A stretch of DNA of 64,000 nt from the NCBI RefSeq assembly GCF_035594765.1, contig NC_085843.1, positions 260,935,971 through 260,999,970 on the forward strand, written 5' to 3'. The notes below the pieces were generated by a model. The model made no database searches and had not been told where the DNA came from. It saw only the letters and a program-made list of their open reading frames with translations. This document shows, piece after piece, positions 51,949 through 63,777 of this stretch. The DNA comes from Anolis carolinensis (lineage: Eukaryota). The first letter of the stretch is position 1; each line of letters begins with the position of its first letter. The translations under genes were made by a program, and so were the position numbers.

Positions 51949-52037
51949 CATGGTGTCTACGTAACGAAGGTGTAAGTTCCGTTCTCCTTGGCTCTTCCAA
52001 CCCCGATCAACTAATAGAGAATCTTGGTGCCATACAG
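51949..52037 (+). CDS. KCNAB1: KCNAB1 penultimate coding exon (89 nt; [29 protein letters not shown]), ending at a non-canonical GC donor
   Basis: ttcctag acceptor; protein homology (GAIQ|VLPK) places the boundary at CAG|GCAAGT. Confidence 0.93.
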
Positions 52038-52107
52038 GCAAGTAAAAATGCCTCTCTTCGTGCAAAAGTAATGCTCAATAGAAGCAATTTTATTTAAATG
52101 TCTATAA

Positions 52108-52415
52108 CAGACCTTTCCAAACTGTGTGCTGCTACACATTAGTGTGTCGGCTGCAGTGTGTAGTTGTGTTTTGTGAATGTAATGAGAAAACTCTGTGAAA
52201 TAAGCAATAAATCATATTTTTTAAAACTATACAAATATTTTCATGAGATATGGTGTCCTCCATACATTTTATTATTAGAATTTATGTAACTGCCCGTATC
52301 TCTTATAAGGGGTTTGTTTAACCTCTGGTTTGCTAATAAAACTAAATGACTGTGCCACAAAATGATGCATGTCTAAAAAGGTGTGTCACCATCATGAAAT
52401 ATTTGGAAAGCTCTG
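52108..52415. mobile_element. hAT MITE inside the GC-AG last intron of KCNAB1
   Basis: TIRs CAGACCTTTCCAAA / TTTGGAAAGCTCTG; TSD GTCTATAA/GTCTATAC. Confidence 0.8.
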
Positions 52416-52526
52416 GTCTATACCATTTACATTTATAAATGTGTAAGTCTCATTTAGAACAGAATTTTTATTTATTTTTTAAAAATGATACCACATAAAA
52501 CAAATGTGTGCATCTTATGTTCACAG

Positions 52527-52616
52527 GTTCTTCCGAAGATGACATCCCACATTGTGAACGAGATTGATAATATTTTGGGTAACAAACCTTTCAGCAAGAA
52601 GGACTACAGATCCTAA
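52527..52616 (+). CDS. KCNAB1: KCNAB1 terminal coding exon ([29 protein letters not shown])
   Basis: tcacag acceptor; conserved SKKDYRS C-terminus with TAA stop; adjacency to convergent SSR3 matches KCNAB1 synteny. Confidence 0.97.
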   Translation, partial: VLPKMTSHIVNEIDNILGNKPFSKKDYRS

Positions 52617-53380
52617 AGCATTGCATGATTAAACCGGACTGCATGGCTAAAATAGCACTCTGTACCTTGTACAGTACTGAGTCAATACTATCCAGTTACA
52701 GTCAGAATTATTCAGCAGTCTCTATGATTTACTAGATTATTCAAGGTGGTAGGCTTCACCAAAATTCAAAACCATGGCTGATCTCCCTAAATAACCGAGA
52801 TCATCTTTGCTTTTTTCCTCCTTGAAACTCAAGAATCTGGATTCAGCTCTGACTCCATTCAATGAGCACAACTGAATGGGACCTTCTCAGGTTCAAACGT
52901 CATTGAAATGAGTTAAGCAATGTAGAGCAGACAGTAGCAATGGCCTCGATCCAGCTGTGTGCCAATGACCAGACTTTTTTCTCTTCCTCTTTGCATCCCC
53001 CCCCCCCCCTTCCACAACCCCCTCCTTGCAACACTCAGGAGCATCGGAATCTTGTTCGAGGGTTTGCCTGCTTTCTAGAGCAGGTTTTTTAGGAAGAAAG
53101 GGGTGGAATTATCTCCCCTCCTCTCCCCAATTCCGCTGGCGGAAGCAGCTCTTTAGCTATTGGCCTCCGGCTTATGTAAGGGAACTTCCGAGTAAATTGC
53201 ACACCTATTAGTGGCTCGTTTTTTTCTCTTGATACTTCTCATTTATGCAGTGAAAATATACATGTAAAGAAACAATACAAGATTTCTAAGCTTTAGGTAC
53301 TTGGAAATCAAAAGAGGGATGTACAGATATATTTTTTCAGTGAACAAAAAGCCAGAAACTGTTTAAAAGGCTTAGGGTAA

Positions 53381-53895
53381 AATAAAATTGCAATTTCTAG
53401 TGTAAAGAATCTTCGAGCTTTATCTGAAGGATGTGCAAGTTCTAATTTTTGTTGGTTTTCCCATTTGTATTTTTATGCTGAATTCTAAATGACTAGTCTT
53501 GTTTGCACTCCAGCTGAAAAAGGGCTTTCCATTTAGAAGCAAGGTTTGGGTCCATGTCCATAGGTTATTTCAGGATTTTATATTTAAGTAGCAGTTGGAG
53601 AAGTGAGGTTGTATGCTACCAAGGATTGTGCTACCAAGCAAGAAAATCCTAGAGTTAGATAGAGCTAATTTCCAGATAATATTAGCTTGCAGACAAAATC
53701 AGTCTTGTTCTTCTTGATCAAATATACCTATTTTGGTTTTTCAGCTGAATAAACTAATGAACATCCATTGCATTCCTATTACAATAAGACTTTAAAACTT
53801 TGGCTGGATTGTATCTAGCATCTACTGTGCAATTGTTTTAAGACAGAGGCTGCAATCTCATTATTTTTCCTGATGCTACACACAGCGCAAATAAA
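53381..53895 (+). terminator. Candidate KCNAB1 polyadenylation signals (AATAAA at 53381, 53748, 53890)
   Basis: AATAAA hexamers 0.8-1.3 kb downstream of the stop; which one is used cannot be determined. Confidence 0.4.
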
Positions 53896-54571
53896 AACCT
53901 CCACTGCATCAAGATGACTAACATCAGGTTGAAAGAGTCATCAAATCTGGTAGGCTGAACTTGAACAAGAATTACTCCTGCCATCTTTCAGTGTTCTTTT
54001 ACTTTAACTTAGTTTTCCTTTGGTGGTTTGTAGACAGAGATAGTGCAGCTTCCATTTGTTAAATTTAACTAATATAATGTATTATAATTGTATATAATGT
54101 GCAGAGTTGTAAAATTTCCAAAGAGCAGATATGCACAAATGAGAAAGGTGTGTGTTCTCCTCTTCACACCTTTATGCAGGTATCAGTTGTACACTTCAAT
54201 TGTGTGGGTTTCAGAAAGCCAATTTGTGAATAATTCATCATAATTGAATGAAATCTCAGCGAAGATTTTTATCCAGTCTTTCTCCTCCTCGTCATTGGTA
54301 AACTTTTTATGATCACGGCAGCAGTGAGTCCTGCTTGGTCACAGCTCATAACATATGACCACTGTGGTTTTCAGCTACCCTGTGCTGGCTGATAAGGATT
54401 CACTGCTACTAAGCTGTCCATACCAGAGGTGTGCCATGAAGTCTCGTTAGCTTTCTTGCACACTCTAACATGCCAAAAGCTTTTGCAGGGAACAAATGGG
54501 TATAGCAATCAGTGTTGTGATGAGCAGGTGATCTCTACTAGCTACAACCCCCAAGATGAATCCAAAATTAT

Positions 54572-54828
54572 TATTTTGTTTAGTATCAGGAGCAACTTGA
54601 GTCGCTTCTGGAGAGAATTGGCCGTCTACAAGGATGTTGCCCAGGGGACGCCTGGATGTTTTTACCATCCTTGTGGGAGGCTTCTCTCATGTCCCCGCAT
54701 GGAGCTAGAGTTGATAGAGGGAGCTCATCCGCACTCTCCCCGGGTGGGATTCGAACCTGGCAGCTTTCAGGTCAGCAACCCAACCTTCAAGTCACAAGGC
54801 TTTAGTCCACTACACCATCGGGGGCTCC
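54572..54828 (-). mobile_element. Anolis-type tRNA SINE
   Basis: reverse complement of the 28681 family; TSD ATCCAAAATTAT (54560-54571, 54829-54840). Confidence 0.88.
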
Positions 54829-54925
54829 ATCCAAAATTATGAACTTTGTTCATACACATCAACAGATCAGTTCTATCACTATGTCTCCCCTTTGTAAAGC
54901 TAATAGCTTTTTGTTGTCCATTTGA

Positions 54926-54930
<5 letters not shown>

Positions 54931-54960
<30 letters not shown>
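54931..54960. repeat. (CA)n microsatellite
   Basis: seen directly. Confidence 0.95.
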
Positions 54961-54965
<5 letters not shown>

Positions 54966-57650
54966 CCCATGCATCATATGACAGGGAAGAATATATTGCA
55001 GCTAGGGAAATCCATCCTTCCCCAGGTGAAAATTGGAGTTAAATTCATCAAGGCCACAAAATCTGGAAAGAAACATTGTTCCTACTAGTTTTGCCCCTGT
55101 ATCTTGCTGCCTCTACAACATTCCTCTATATTGATATTCCTGTCCTTTTGCAGCAGTAGGGCTAGAAGCCAGAAAATACTGCATGAAAACTGCTAGCTCT
55201 GTTCTGTGGATTTGTTAACATTCGCAGTGAATATGATGCACTTCAGTTTACACAGGCTGCAGTTCCAGCTCCTGATTAAAAATAGTAATATACAGAGCAT
55301 AAGCATAGTGCAGATAGCTCTCTCCAAATTTGGAATGTGACCTCCCATCAGCCACAGCTATCACGGCCTATACTGAGGAACACTGGAAGTTATAGTCCAA
55401 AAGAGAAGGAAAAGACTAGAGAAAATTGCTGCATGTCATTGTGGTAAGCATATATGGTGCATTCCCATGTGAGCTTCTCTTGATTCACATGGGTCTCTAC
55501 CATTGCATGCATATAATTTTTATGCATTTTGTGAGCCAGCATGGTGTAGTGGTTTGACTATTGGATCATGAATCTGGAGACCACAGTTTTAATATTTGCT
55601 CAGTAATGGAAACCCACTGGATGACCATATGCAAGTTATGCTCGCTCAGCCTAAAAGGAAGGCAAAGGTATTGCCCCGCTGAGCAAATCTTGCCCCCAAA
55701 AAACCCTACATGCTATCTTAGCCTTAGGGTCAACATGTCAGAAACAACATGGGAGTATTACAAGGTCCAGGTCAGTCTAGTCAAATGATCCAGCATGTTG
55801 AATATCTTCAACTGCACATAGCATAGCCTCTTCTTGCTTTAATGCATCAGTTCCCCTTGCTGGCTAAGACAAATAGCAGGGCTCCTTGTACACAAAGGTT
55901 CCTAGTTCCCCCTTGTGGAAGAAAATCCACTATGCCACTATTTTATGACCATGCTCCTTATGCTACTCATATGGTCTCAGGATCAGCCCATACTTCCTTC
56001 CTGTTTTCCGCTGTTTGTTTCAATGGCAATAATCACACAATGTGAATCCTTTACCAAAGATTTCTCCCGCCAATGAAATAAACAGAGCAACATGTACATG
56101 GAAGGTATTCTTTCTTTTTAGTAAGCAGTAAAGTAGTACCTGAACACACAGGGCTCAATTGTTGATTCTGAAACACAACCCCTCTATTTCACTCATTCCC
56201 TACAATTGCAACTTTCATGAACAGAGCTTACTACAGAAGGCGCTGGAATCTTAAGGAATAGTTCTCTCTTTTCCCCTTCTATTGTGTTTAATCAAATCAG
56301 TGATCTGTATAAATGAATTCAGCAGCTGTATACTAGATTCTGCTTTCTATCTGCTTGGACATAATAAAGGCAATTTGTGCACCTAAATTATGATGTCAGA
56401 CACATTAATTTGGAGCAGGAGGATTGCATTAATTATTCCACAGCTGTTTCAGTTTATTACTATGAGAATCAATTCATATGACTCCACAATCACATCAAGC
56501 AGAAAGCACACTGCAGAAGAAAGGCGAATTCATCCTGAAGGAAGAACTTTTGAAAATGTATATTGCTTCATGATGAGACATTGTGTAGCCAGAATTTCAT
56601 CAGTGGCCATAAAACATAGTTTTACTTCAAGTAGTTAACAAGCGGCAGAATTTGCTTATTTTCTTAAATTGCCTTTTCAGATGTAAGTTGTGTCTTCTAA
56701 TTAGAAGTGTTTAATGCCCCAAATTTCTAAAAATGAAACTGAAGGGTTGTTCAAAAATTATATAAATGATTTGGTGAATTTATTATCCTTTATACTGTGC
56801 TCAAAGAAACAAGCAGCTGTCTATACACAGATACAATCATAGGTTCTAATACCTTAAAGTTATCACTATGGGATTTAAATACTTTTCCAAAATGCATACT
56901 TGTTCAACTATATTCTTTTTTAAAAAAGAGAATGATCAGAAGGTAAAAAGAGCACTGCTCATCTGATGTTCTTCTCCCGCTGTAGGCAAATATCATCACC
57001 AAATCATGTTTCTCTTTTATTAGCATCTCATTACTATACTGTTATCCCTTGTTTCTACATAATATAAAAAGCAGATAGTAAGTTGGAGGGGGGAGGTAAA
57101 AGGATTATCTTGTTAAAGAAATATATGCAGCATATCTTGCTTCATTACATTTATCGGATAACCCTGGGGACACATAAGAGTTCCATTAAAAAGGGAATAA
57201 TTGAGCGAAGGCAGGCTATTTAAACTAATCTTGCTTTAGTTTAAAACTGCACTCATCATAGACAAATGCGTCCTTGGTTTATACAAAACATTTTAAAAGT
57301 ACAAAGCTTAAAAACTTTAGTTATAAAAATAATGCCACAAGATATTCCTTAATAGAAAATATTAAATTACTAACAGTACTTACAATCCCAGTAACATTTA
57401 AGAACATAATGCCAGTCAAAATAACCTTTAGGTCTGATTAATCCTGCATTCGGTTCCTGTTATGGCCAGCCCAGTATCTGCAGATCAAAAGGCCAAAACC
57501 ACCCTCAGTCTCAGTAACAATACTGCAACCTATTAGTGAGTAAACACAACAGTGCACAGAGTAAACACACACAAGTTTTCACCATAAGGAACAGAAGTCA
57601 AAAGGCTGGTATATCCAAAAGAAAGAAACTGAAAGACTATTTTTCATGCT

Positions 57651-57656
57651 TTTATT
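57651..57656 (-). terminator. Candidate proximal SSR3 poly(A) signal
   Basis: AATAAA on - about 380 nt after the stop, followed by a U-rich tract; further hexamers at 57016, 56779 and 56453. Confidence 0.5.
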
Positions 57657-58038
57657 CAAACATGGTTACAAAATACTATAGAACAAGGCTACTGTTTTCT
57701 GCCCACAAGATGTGTTTCACTGACAGATTACAAACATTTCTCCTGGAGGATGCCAGACATAGGAGGCTTAGCTATAAACTGATGTTCCTGAAATCCAATG
57801 CCTGACAGAGGCTTTAACTGTCAGAAATATTTTAGGTATGTGTTGGGCCTAAACTGGGATATCTGAGGAGCTCAGCTCTGTTCTGTTAACTAAAGACAAA
57901 GCTCATAGTATCTTTTTCCATCTAATTTCTTCTTTAAAAAAAGTAATGATCATGGTTTCAAAGTATAAAAAAGGCAATGCCCCTCCTTCCTACACCTGTG
58001 TGCAATTGGACAGGACGCATTTTCCCAAATAATTCCAT

Positions 58039-58105
58039 TTACTTAGAGCCTGTTGACAGCAATGCAATCAATCCAGATGAAGCACTGATGGAAAGAATGT
58101 AGTTT
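58039..58105 (-). CDS. SSR3: SSR3 terminal exon, coding part (NYILSISASSGLIALLSTGSK*)
   Basis: tttcag acceptor; TRAP-gamma C-terminus with TAA stop. Confidence 0.97.
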
Positions 58106-59927
58106 CTGAAAAAGCAACATGTCAAGGATAAAACAAAGGAGCAAACTATGACTAAAAAACTGTCAGGATATCTTTTTAAAGGCATCTAAAACATACTAGT
58201 CAAATCCAGATACTGAGAAATACTACCCAGCCCACCATAGAGTCAATAAGTTCTAGATGCTAGTAAATAAACTGATCTAAATTAAAACATGAACACACAT
58301 TACATCGTTAACAAAGCCTCTAACAAAAAAGCTCCCTGCTCTCACCGCCTGTCTCACTGGAAAGTTTTTGGGACAACAAAATTGAGAGGACAGCGAAGGG
58401 CTAGAAAAATAGATACCTATGATGCCAGGTTGCAGCAGTGATCGTACAGTATGCAATACACTAAAGACTGAATTGGAAAAAAATGAAATTCTAATCTAGC
58501 CAATTCTACTATACTTACAACAGGTATGGCAAACAGCAGCTACCTTCAGAATTTCTGCTTCACCAGATGCCCACAGCATATTAAAAATCGAGATTTGTGA
58601 ACCATAATGGGGACTCATACAAAAAAATGGAGGCTGATGGGAGAGAAATCCAGATGCATTATGGAAAAAGCTTTCAGTTGGTCCCTAGAACATTTAACAT
58701 ATTTTTGTTAGCGCACCTGATAGAGTGTGCATACCGTTAGCTTTTAACAAAAGTCTAAATAAAACATCTTTAACTGCTCTTCTGTTATGGAGCAAGAATT
58801 TATCTGTTCTTCCATCTTATTCCTACCTCTGGTATCAAATTTTCTAAAAAGGTAACGATGTCCACAAACACATCTCAATGCTTCTCTAGTTGGGACCAGA
58901 AACCAGATTTAGGTCACACATGGAAGCAATTACAGGACTAGCTAGCAATTCCTGCTCAAAAGTGAGGTTGGACTCAAGACATCTATTCACCAATCCTCTT
59001 AAGTAATTTGTTACTTTTGCAACTTCCAACTAAAGAACTGGTTAAATAAACTCATATACTGCTTCCCTTATTATCTACAGAAAAATAATTAAAATACTAA
59101 CTAAAGAACCCAACAGGAAACTGCATTTGTGGCAAGAGCATGTATGCCCAACACCAATACAGGTCATGCAGGCACAGCATCGGTCAGGAGACTGGAATAA
59201 GCAACAGTACATCTAAAAACAGTAATAGTTTTAGAACTATTATAGGGCTTTGTCCAAGGTTGGACAAATATAAACACCTCTTCACTTTGCAAAATACTGC
59301 TGGCAGAAATATTCACAAAAAACTGCATACACTTACAGCATCTACATAAGGAAGAATTTCTGCAGAGAGACTGTTTCTATAAAGCTGAAAATATGAGGCA
59401 GTAAATGTATATTATGTAAATTCATTTGTAGTTAAAGCTTTTGGTCTCCAACACTAACTGGCTTCAAGCAAACTGACATCACACTTTCTGTCCCTGCTTG
59501 CTGTTGATAAAGGTAAAGGTTTCCCCTGATGTTAAGTCCAGTCATGTCTGACTCTGGGGGTTGGTGCTCATCTCCATTTCTAAGCCGAAGAGCTAGCGTT
59601 GTCCGTAGACACCTCCAAGGTCATGTGGCCGGCATGACTACATGGAGCGCCGTTACCTTCCTGCCGGAGTGGTACCCATTAATCTACTCACATTTGCATG
59701 TTTTCGAACTGCTAGGTTGGCAGAAGCTGGAGCAACAAGCGGGCGCTCACTCCGCTCCCGGGATTTGAACCTGGGACCTTTTGGTCTGCAAGTTCAGCAG
59801 CTCAGTGCTTTAACACACTTCGCCACTGGGGCTCCTATTTGTACTATACTGGTCCTTAAACTGTTATTAGCGACTTCTCTGAGCTATCTACCCAGAATTG
59901 TTTGAAATTTTGAGGAAGAAAGGATAC
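58106..59927 (-). other. SSR3: U12-type (minor spliceosome) GT-AG intron of SSR3
   Basis: 5' splice site GTATCCTTT; branch site TCCTTGAC (58121-58128) about 16 nt from the 3' splice site. Confidence 0.92.
59508..59835 (-). mobile_element. Sauria SINE, full length, inside the SSR3 U12 intron
   Basis: head ggagccccagtggcgaagtgtgttaaagc and ACCTTT tail on -. Confidence 0.93.
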
Positions 59928-60059
59928 ACGGTGGGATTGAAATTCTTCAGAATAAAAAAGGAAGCAACAATGACCAAAACTAAGAAGAGAGTATTGTTGT
60001 AGAAGATAGAAAATGTTGTGGCTTCATAGTCTGCCACTTCATTCTTCTTCCACAAAATT
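59928..60059 (-). CDS. SSR3: SSR3 exon 4 (132 nt; [43 protein letters not shown](V))
   Basis: ctgcag acceptor; U12-type GTATCCTTT donor on -. Confidence 0.97.
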
Positions 60060-60616
60060 CTGCAGACAAAATAGACATTTCAAGATTAAAAAATGTTGAC
60101 ATATTGGAACGTTTCCTTAAATGAAGCATTTTTTCTCTTTCTGTAAGATACTATACTATACATACATACATACATACATACAATTGTTGGGGGGAATCAA
60201 GTAAAAGCATTTTTTCAGGGAGAACTTACATTAATGAAATCGAATAAAATGACTGAAAATATTTTGGCCAAAAGATTCTGAAATCAAAAACAGCATTATT
60301 CCATTTTTTTGAAAGTTTGTTTTCAAATGAAAAATGAATTGTATTTGTTGGGAATTGGTGGAAACATAGAAAATCACAGTGATACATGACCACAGCAGTA
60401 CGACCGTATCTGCAAAAGTGGAAATACACCCATATCAATGAGTGATTAATGGCTATTGAAACTGTCATACAAAAATGAAATGGACAAATTAACACTTTAA
60501 TTAAAGAAAAATCAATTGTTACCTTTTGAAAAATTGGGAAGCTTTAATTAGTTTTTTTATAGAGTAATGTGAACAACAGGTTGACTTTAGTTGAACACTA
60601 GTACACGGGTTTAAAC

Positions 60617-60860
60617 CAGAATTTCTCAAAACCTTTTCAGCTGTGGAGCCCTTTTAAAAATAAATGTTTCTTGTGGAGCCCCAGGGAGGTGAAGTAATGG
60701 TTTGTGCCCCAGGAGGACACTGCTGCCGCTGTTTTGGCAGCTCAAAACTTTAATTTCACTGCATTTCTGAGGAGGAGATGTGAAGCAGCATGGTGCTGCG
60801 GAGCCCCTCACTATCACTCATGGAGCCGAAGGGCTCCACAAAGCAGTTTGAGAACCCCTG
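60617..60860. mobile_element. hAT MITE
   Basis: TIRs CAGAATTTCTCAAA / TTTGAGAACCCCTG; perfect TSD GTTTAAAC; a related end lies near 8110-8180. Confidence 0.82.
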
Positions 60861-61200
60861 GTTTAAACAATAGCAGTCCATAAAGGATAATTATATTTAA
60901 GTTGGAAACCAAATACATATTATTTTCTTTCTTCTTATCCTTTATGGATTTTTTCTTTTGTTTTATTTTGAGTGAAGTTATTACTGCATGTGAATTTTTT
61001 TAATAAAACCTTTTCAAAAACCTTTCAACCCCTTAAATTTTTGGGTTACTCAAAGCTGAAACACTGTTCCATTTTTGTGGTGGGGATTACTAATTTACAG
61101 TTCCTAAGTCTTGTGCACAAATTGGTAGCAGTTCCCCCCCCCCCCATATATTACACGTTGCATTTAGGATGCTGTCATTCATATGTATATATATACATAT

Positions 61201-61464
61201 GAGTTCAATTAACCAATAACAGATCAACCTAACTGTAGTTTTGCATAGCCCACAATTGACTAATTTGTTTGCCAGAAGGTCATGGGGAACCTTATTGAAA
61301 GCCTTACTGAAATCCAGATACGCTACATCCATTGCATTCCCGGCATCTACCCAGTTTGTAACTCTATTGAAAAAAGAGATCAGATTAGTCTGGCATGACT
61401 TGTTTTTGATAAATCCATGTTGACTATTAGTGATGACAGCATTCATTTCTAAGTGTTTGCAGAC
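61201..61464 (-). mobile_element. CR1 LINE reverse-transcriptase internal fragment
   Basis: ORF 61090..61446: SQHGFIKNKSCQTNLISF...YLDFSKAFNKVPH. Confidence 0.92.
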
Positions 61465-62377
61465 TAGGATGATGGGACCAGTTTACACCTCTCAGCAACA
61501 GCACCACAGGCTCTCTGGAGATTTGACTGGTTTTACAAGTGGGCTTCAGTAATCAGATCAGGAACTAGTGTGTCACTACAACATTGTGGCCATGCGTTCA
61601 GTACAAAATTTCAGTCAGTCGTGGATTTGTGGTGTAATCCAGACCCATATAAAGAGGAAAATGTAGAATTGATCTGAAAATGCATGTAAATTGCAAATAA
61701 TTCTCCAAATCCATGAGCTGTCCTAGTGATCTATCTTATCTATGCACATATGTATCATCTATCTACTTACCTACCTACCTATCTCTTCAAGTCTCGTATC
61801 ACATAATTTATACCAGCTGCTGTGTACTTAAATGCTGACTAGGAGCCAAGATAGGTTTCCCAATGCAACCTTTAAAGAGAATTTTGTTCCTAGCTTTCAG
61901 ATCCACAGTCATTTTTTAAATGACTCTAAAAGCACGGTAAGGTCTCCTCCTTTGAGTTACTGTCATTATAAAAAATGAGAACTTTACTCTGTAGAATACC
62001 AGTCTCAGGGTTCGGTAACCCAAGCATTCGTGCCAATATTAGTGAAATGTTTTTTGAGGAAATCGACTTCTAAAAGTGTATCTAATGCATCAAGTTATAT
62101 AAAATGAAGGTGAATTAGACATATAGCTCTCACCCTCCCACAGAAATAGAACAAATTCCAAGCTGCTTTAAAAAGTAGGCTACAATGACATCTGAAATAC
62201 CAATAGTCAAAATCAGCATGTTGCAGGCCATCAACCCAGTAAGCATAAAATTGCAAGAATCAGAGACTCCACATGGGTCCCAAACCACATTGACAAATTC
62301 CATTTTTAGGAAATGGAAGCAATTTAAATGCCTTGTAGCTAAGGATGCATGGCATATTGGACAGTCACGGGGCATTA

Positions 62378-62494
<117 letters not shown>

Positions 62495-62843
62495 TTACAT
62501 TCCTCTTTGCTATGAAGACTTGCAATCAATTTCATAATACGCTGTCCTACTAGTAGAAAAACACAGGGCGAAGTTCTATAGCATGGCAGTGAACAGGAAC
62601 TGCTGTGTGATGTGAAAGTCCCACTACCAATATGGTGAAGACATAAAGCCAATGAGCTAAATCACATCCAATTCCAATTCATTCCTCATGGAATAGTAAC
62701 CGTAGCAGTTACTACAATAGTCAGGAGCATCCAGATGGTAGCAAGATGTGTCAACAACAAGTACTGAAGGTGGGGCGCACACAAAAGTATCTTTCAAAAG
62801 AAAGAGTGTCCACTTAAAATAAAATACAAATTAAAAGTAGTTA

Positions 62844-63248
62844 CAGTGTTCCCTCACTTATCGCGGGGGTTATGTTCCAGGACCACCCGCAATAAGTGCA
62901 AATGCGCAAAGTAGGGACACTATATTTATTCTATGTGTGGAGGAGTAGCAAACCACAGACCACTTACTACAATGCAGTCTGTACTTTATTTTAGCAGTTA
63001 CAACATACAGTACATCGGCAGAGAAGAAGAATGGATGCCAAATAACCCTTTTTTATTTCCAACCCTTCCCTCCCCTCCCCCCTCCCTTTATTTCTCCCTT
63101 TCCCCCACCCCTTCCAAACCCATTGTATACCGCAAAAACCTGCAAAACTGCAAAAATACAGTGATAAATATGTACATTAATATTAATCAAAAATCCACAA
63201 AACAGTGAGGGAGTGAAAAGTGAACCGTGAAGTAGCGAGGGAACACTG
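62844..63248. mobile_element. Tc1/mariner (Tigger-like) MITE
   Basis: TIRs CAGTGTTCCCTCAC / GCGAGGGAACACTG; TA TSD. Confidence 0.85.
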
Positions 63249-63467
63249 TATAAGAAAGCATCTAAACTGTCTTAATTCTGGAACTGTCCTGCTTCAGAAA
63301 CCCCCCAACATACAAGGCTAAGTAATTTTCATGGTATGACAAGAGTGATCTGAAATAGTTTTTAATTTCCACAGTAAAGTAGGCTAAGGGATACCAGCAG
63401 GTTCCTTTAGTTCAATATCACATTAGACAAACAGTAAGTAAGGAAAATAATCTATTCAAATGCTTAC

Positions 63468-63594
63468 TTGTGTTTAAGAACAAACTTGACATTCTTGTAG
63501 GCAAACGCAACCAGGTACGTACTGACGAGTGTCATTACACTGTAAAGGACTGCCGACTGAACAAGATCCATGTGCCATATTCGCCAGTACAGCC
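63468..63594 (-). CDS. SSR3: SSR3 exon 2 (127 nt; (W)[41 protein letters not shown](K))
   Basis: ccttag acceptor and gtaagc donor on -; TRAP-gamma sequence in ORF 63464..63652. Confidence 0.97.
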
Positions 63595-63764
63595 CTAAGG
63601 AAAAAATGTTGAAGACGGTTAAAGTTTTTGGAGCTGCTCCTGTAAGTGGCACTGCAGGCCAAACATCATGTCTTCAACAGGCTGAGTGTCAAATAAATTT
63701 ATGTTCATCTTAAGACATCTTCATTCATTCAGAACAGGAAAAATATAGTATAAAAGGTTTAAAA

Positions 63765-63777
63765 TGCCACCTAGTGG
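63765..63777 (-). promoter_or_regulatory. Candidate CTCF site in SSR3 intron 1
   Basis: CCACTAGGTGGCA on - matches the core CCASYAGRKGGCR exactly. Confidence 0.5.
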
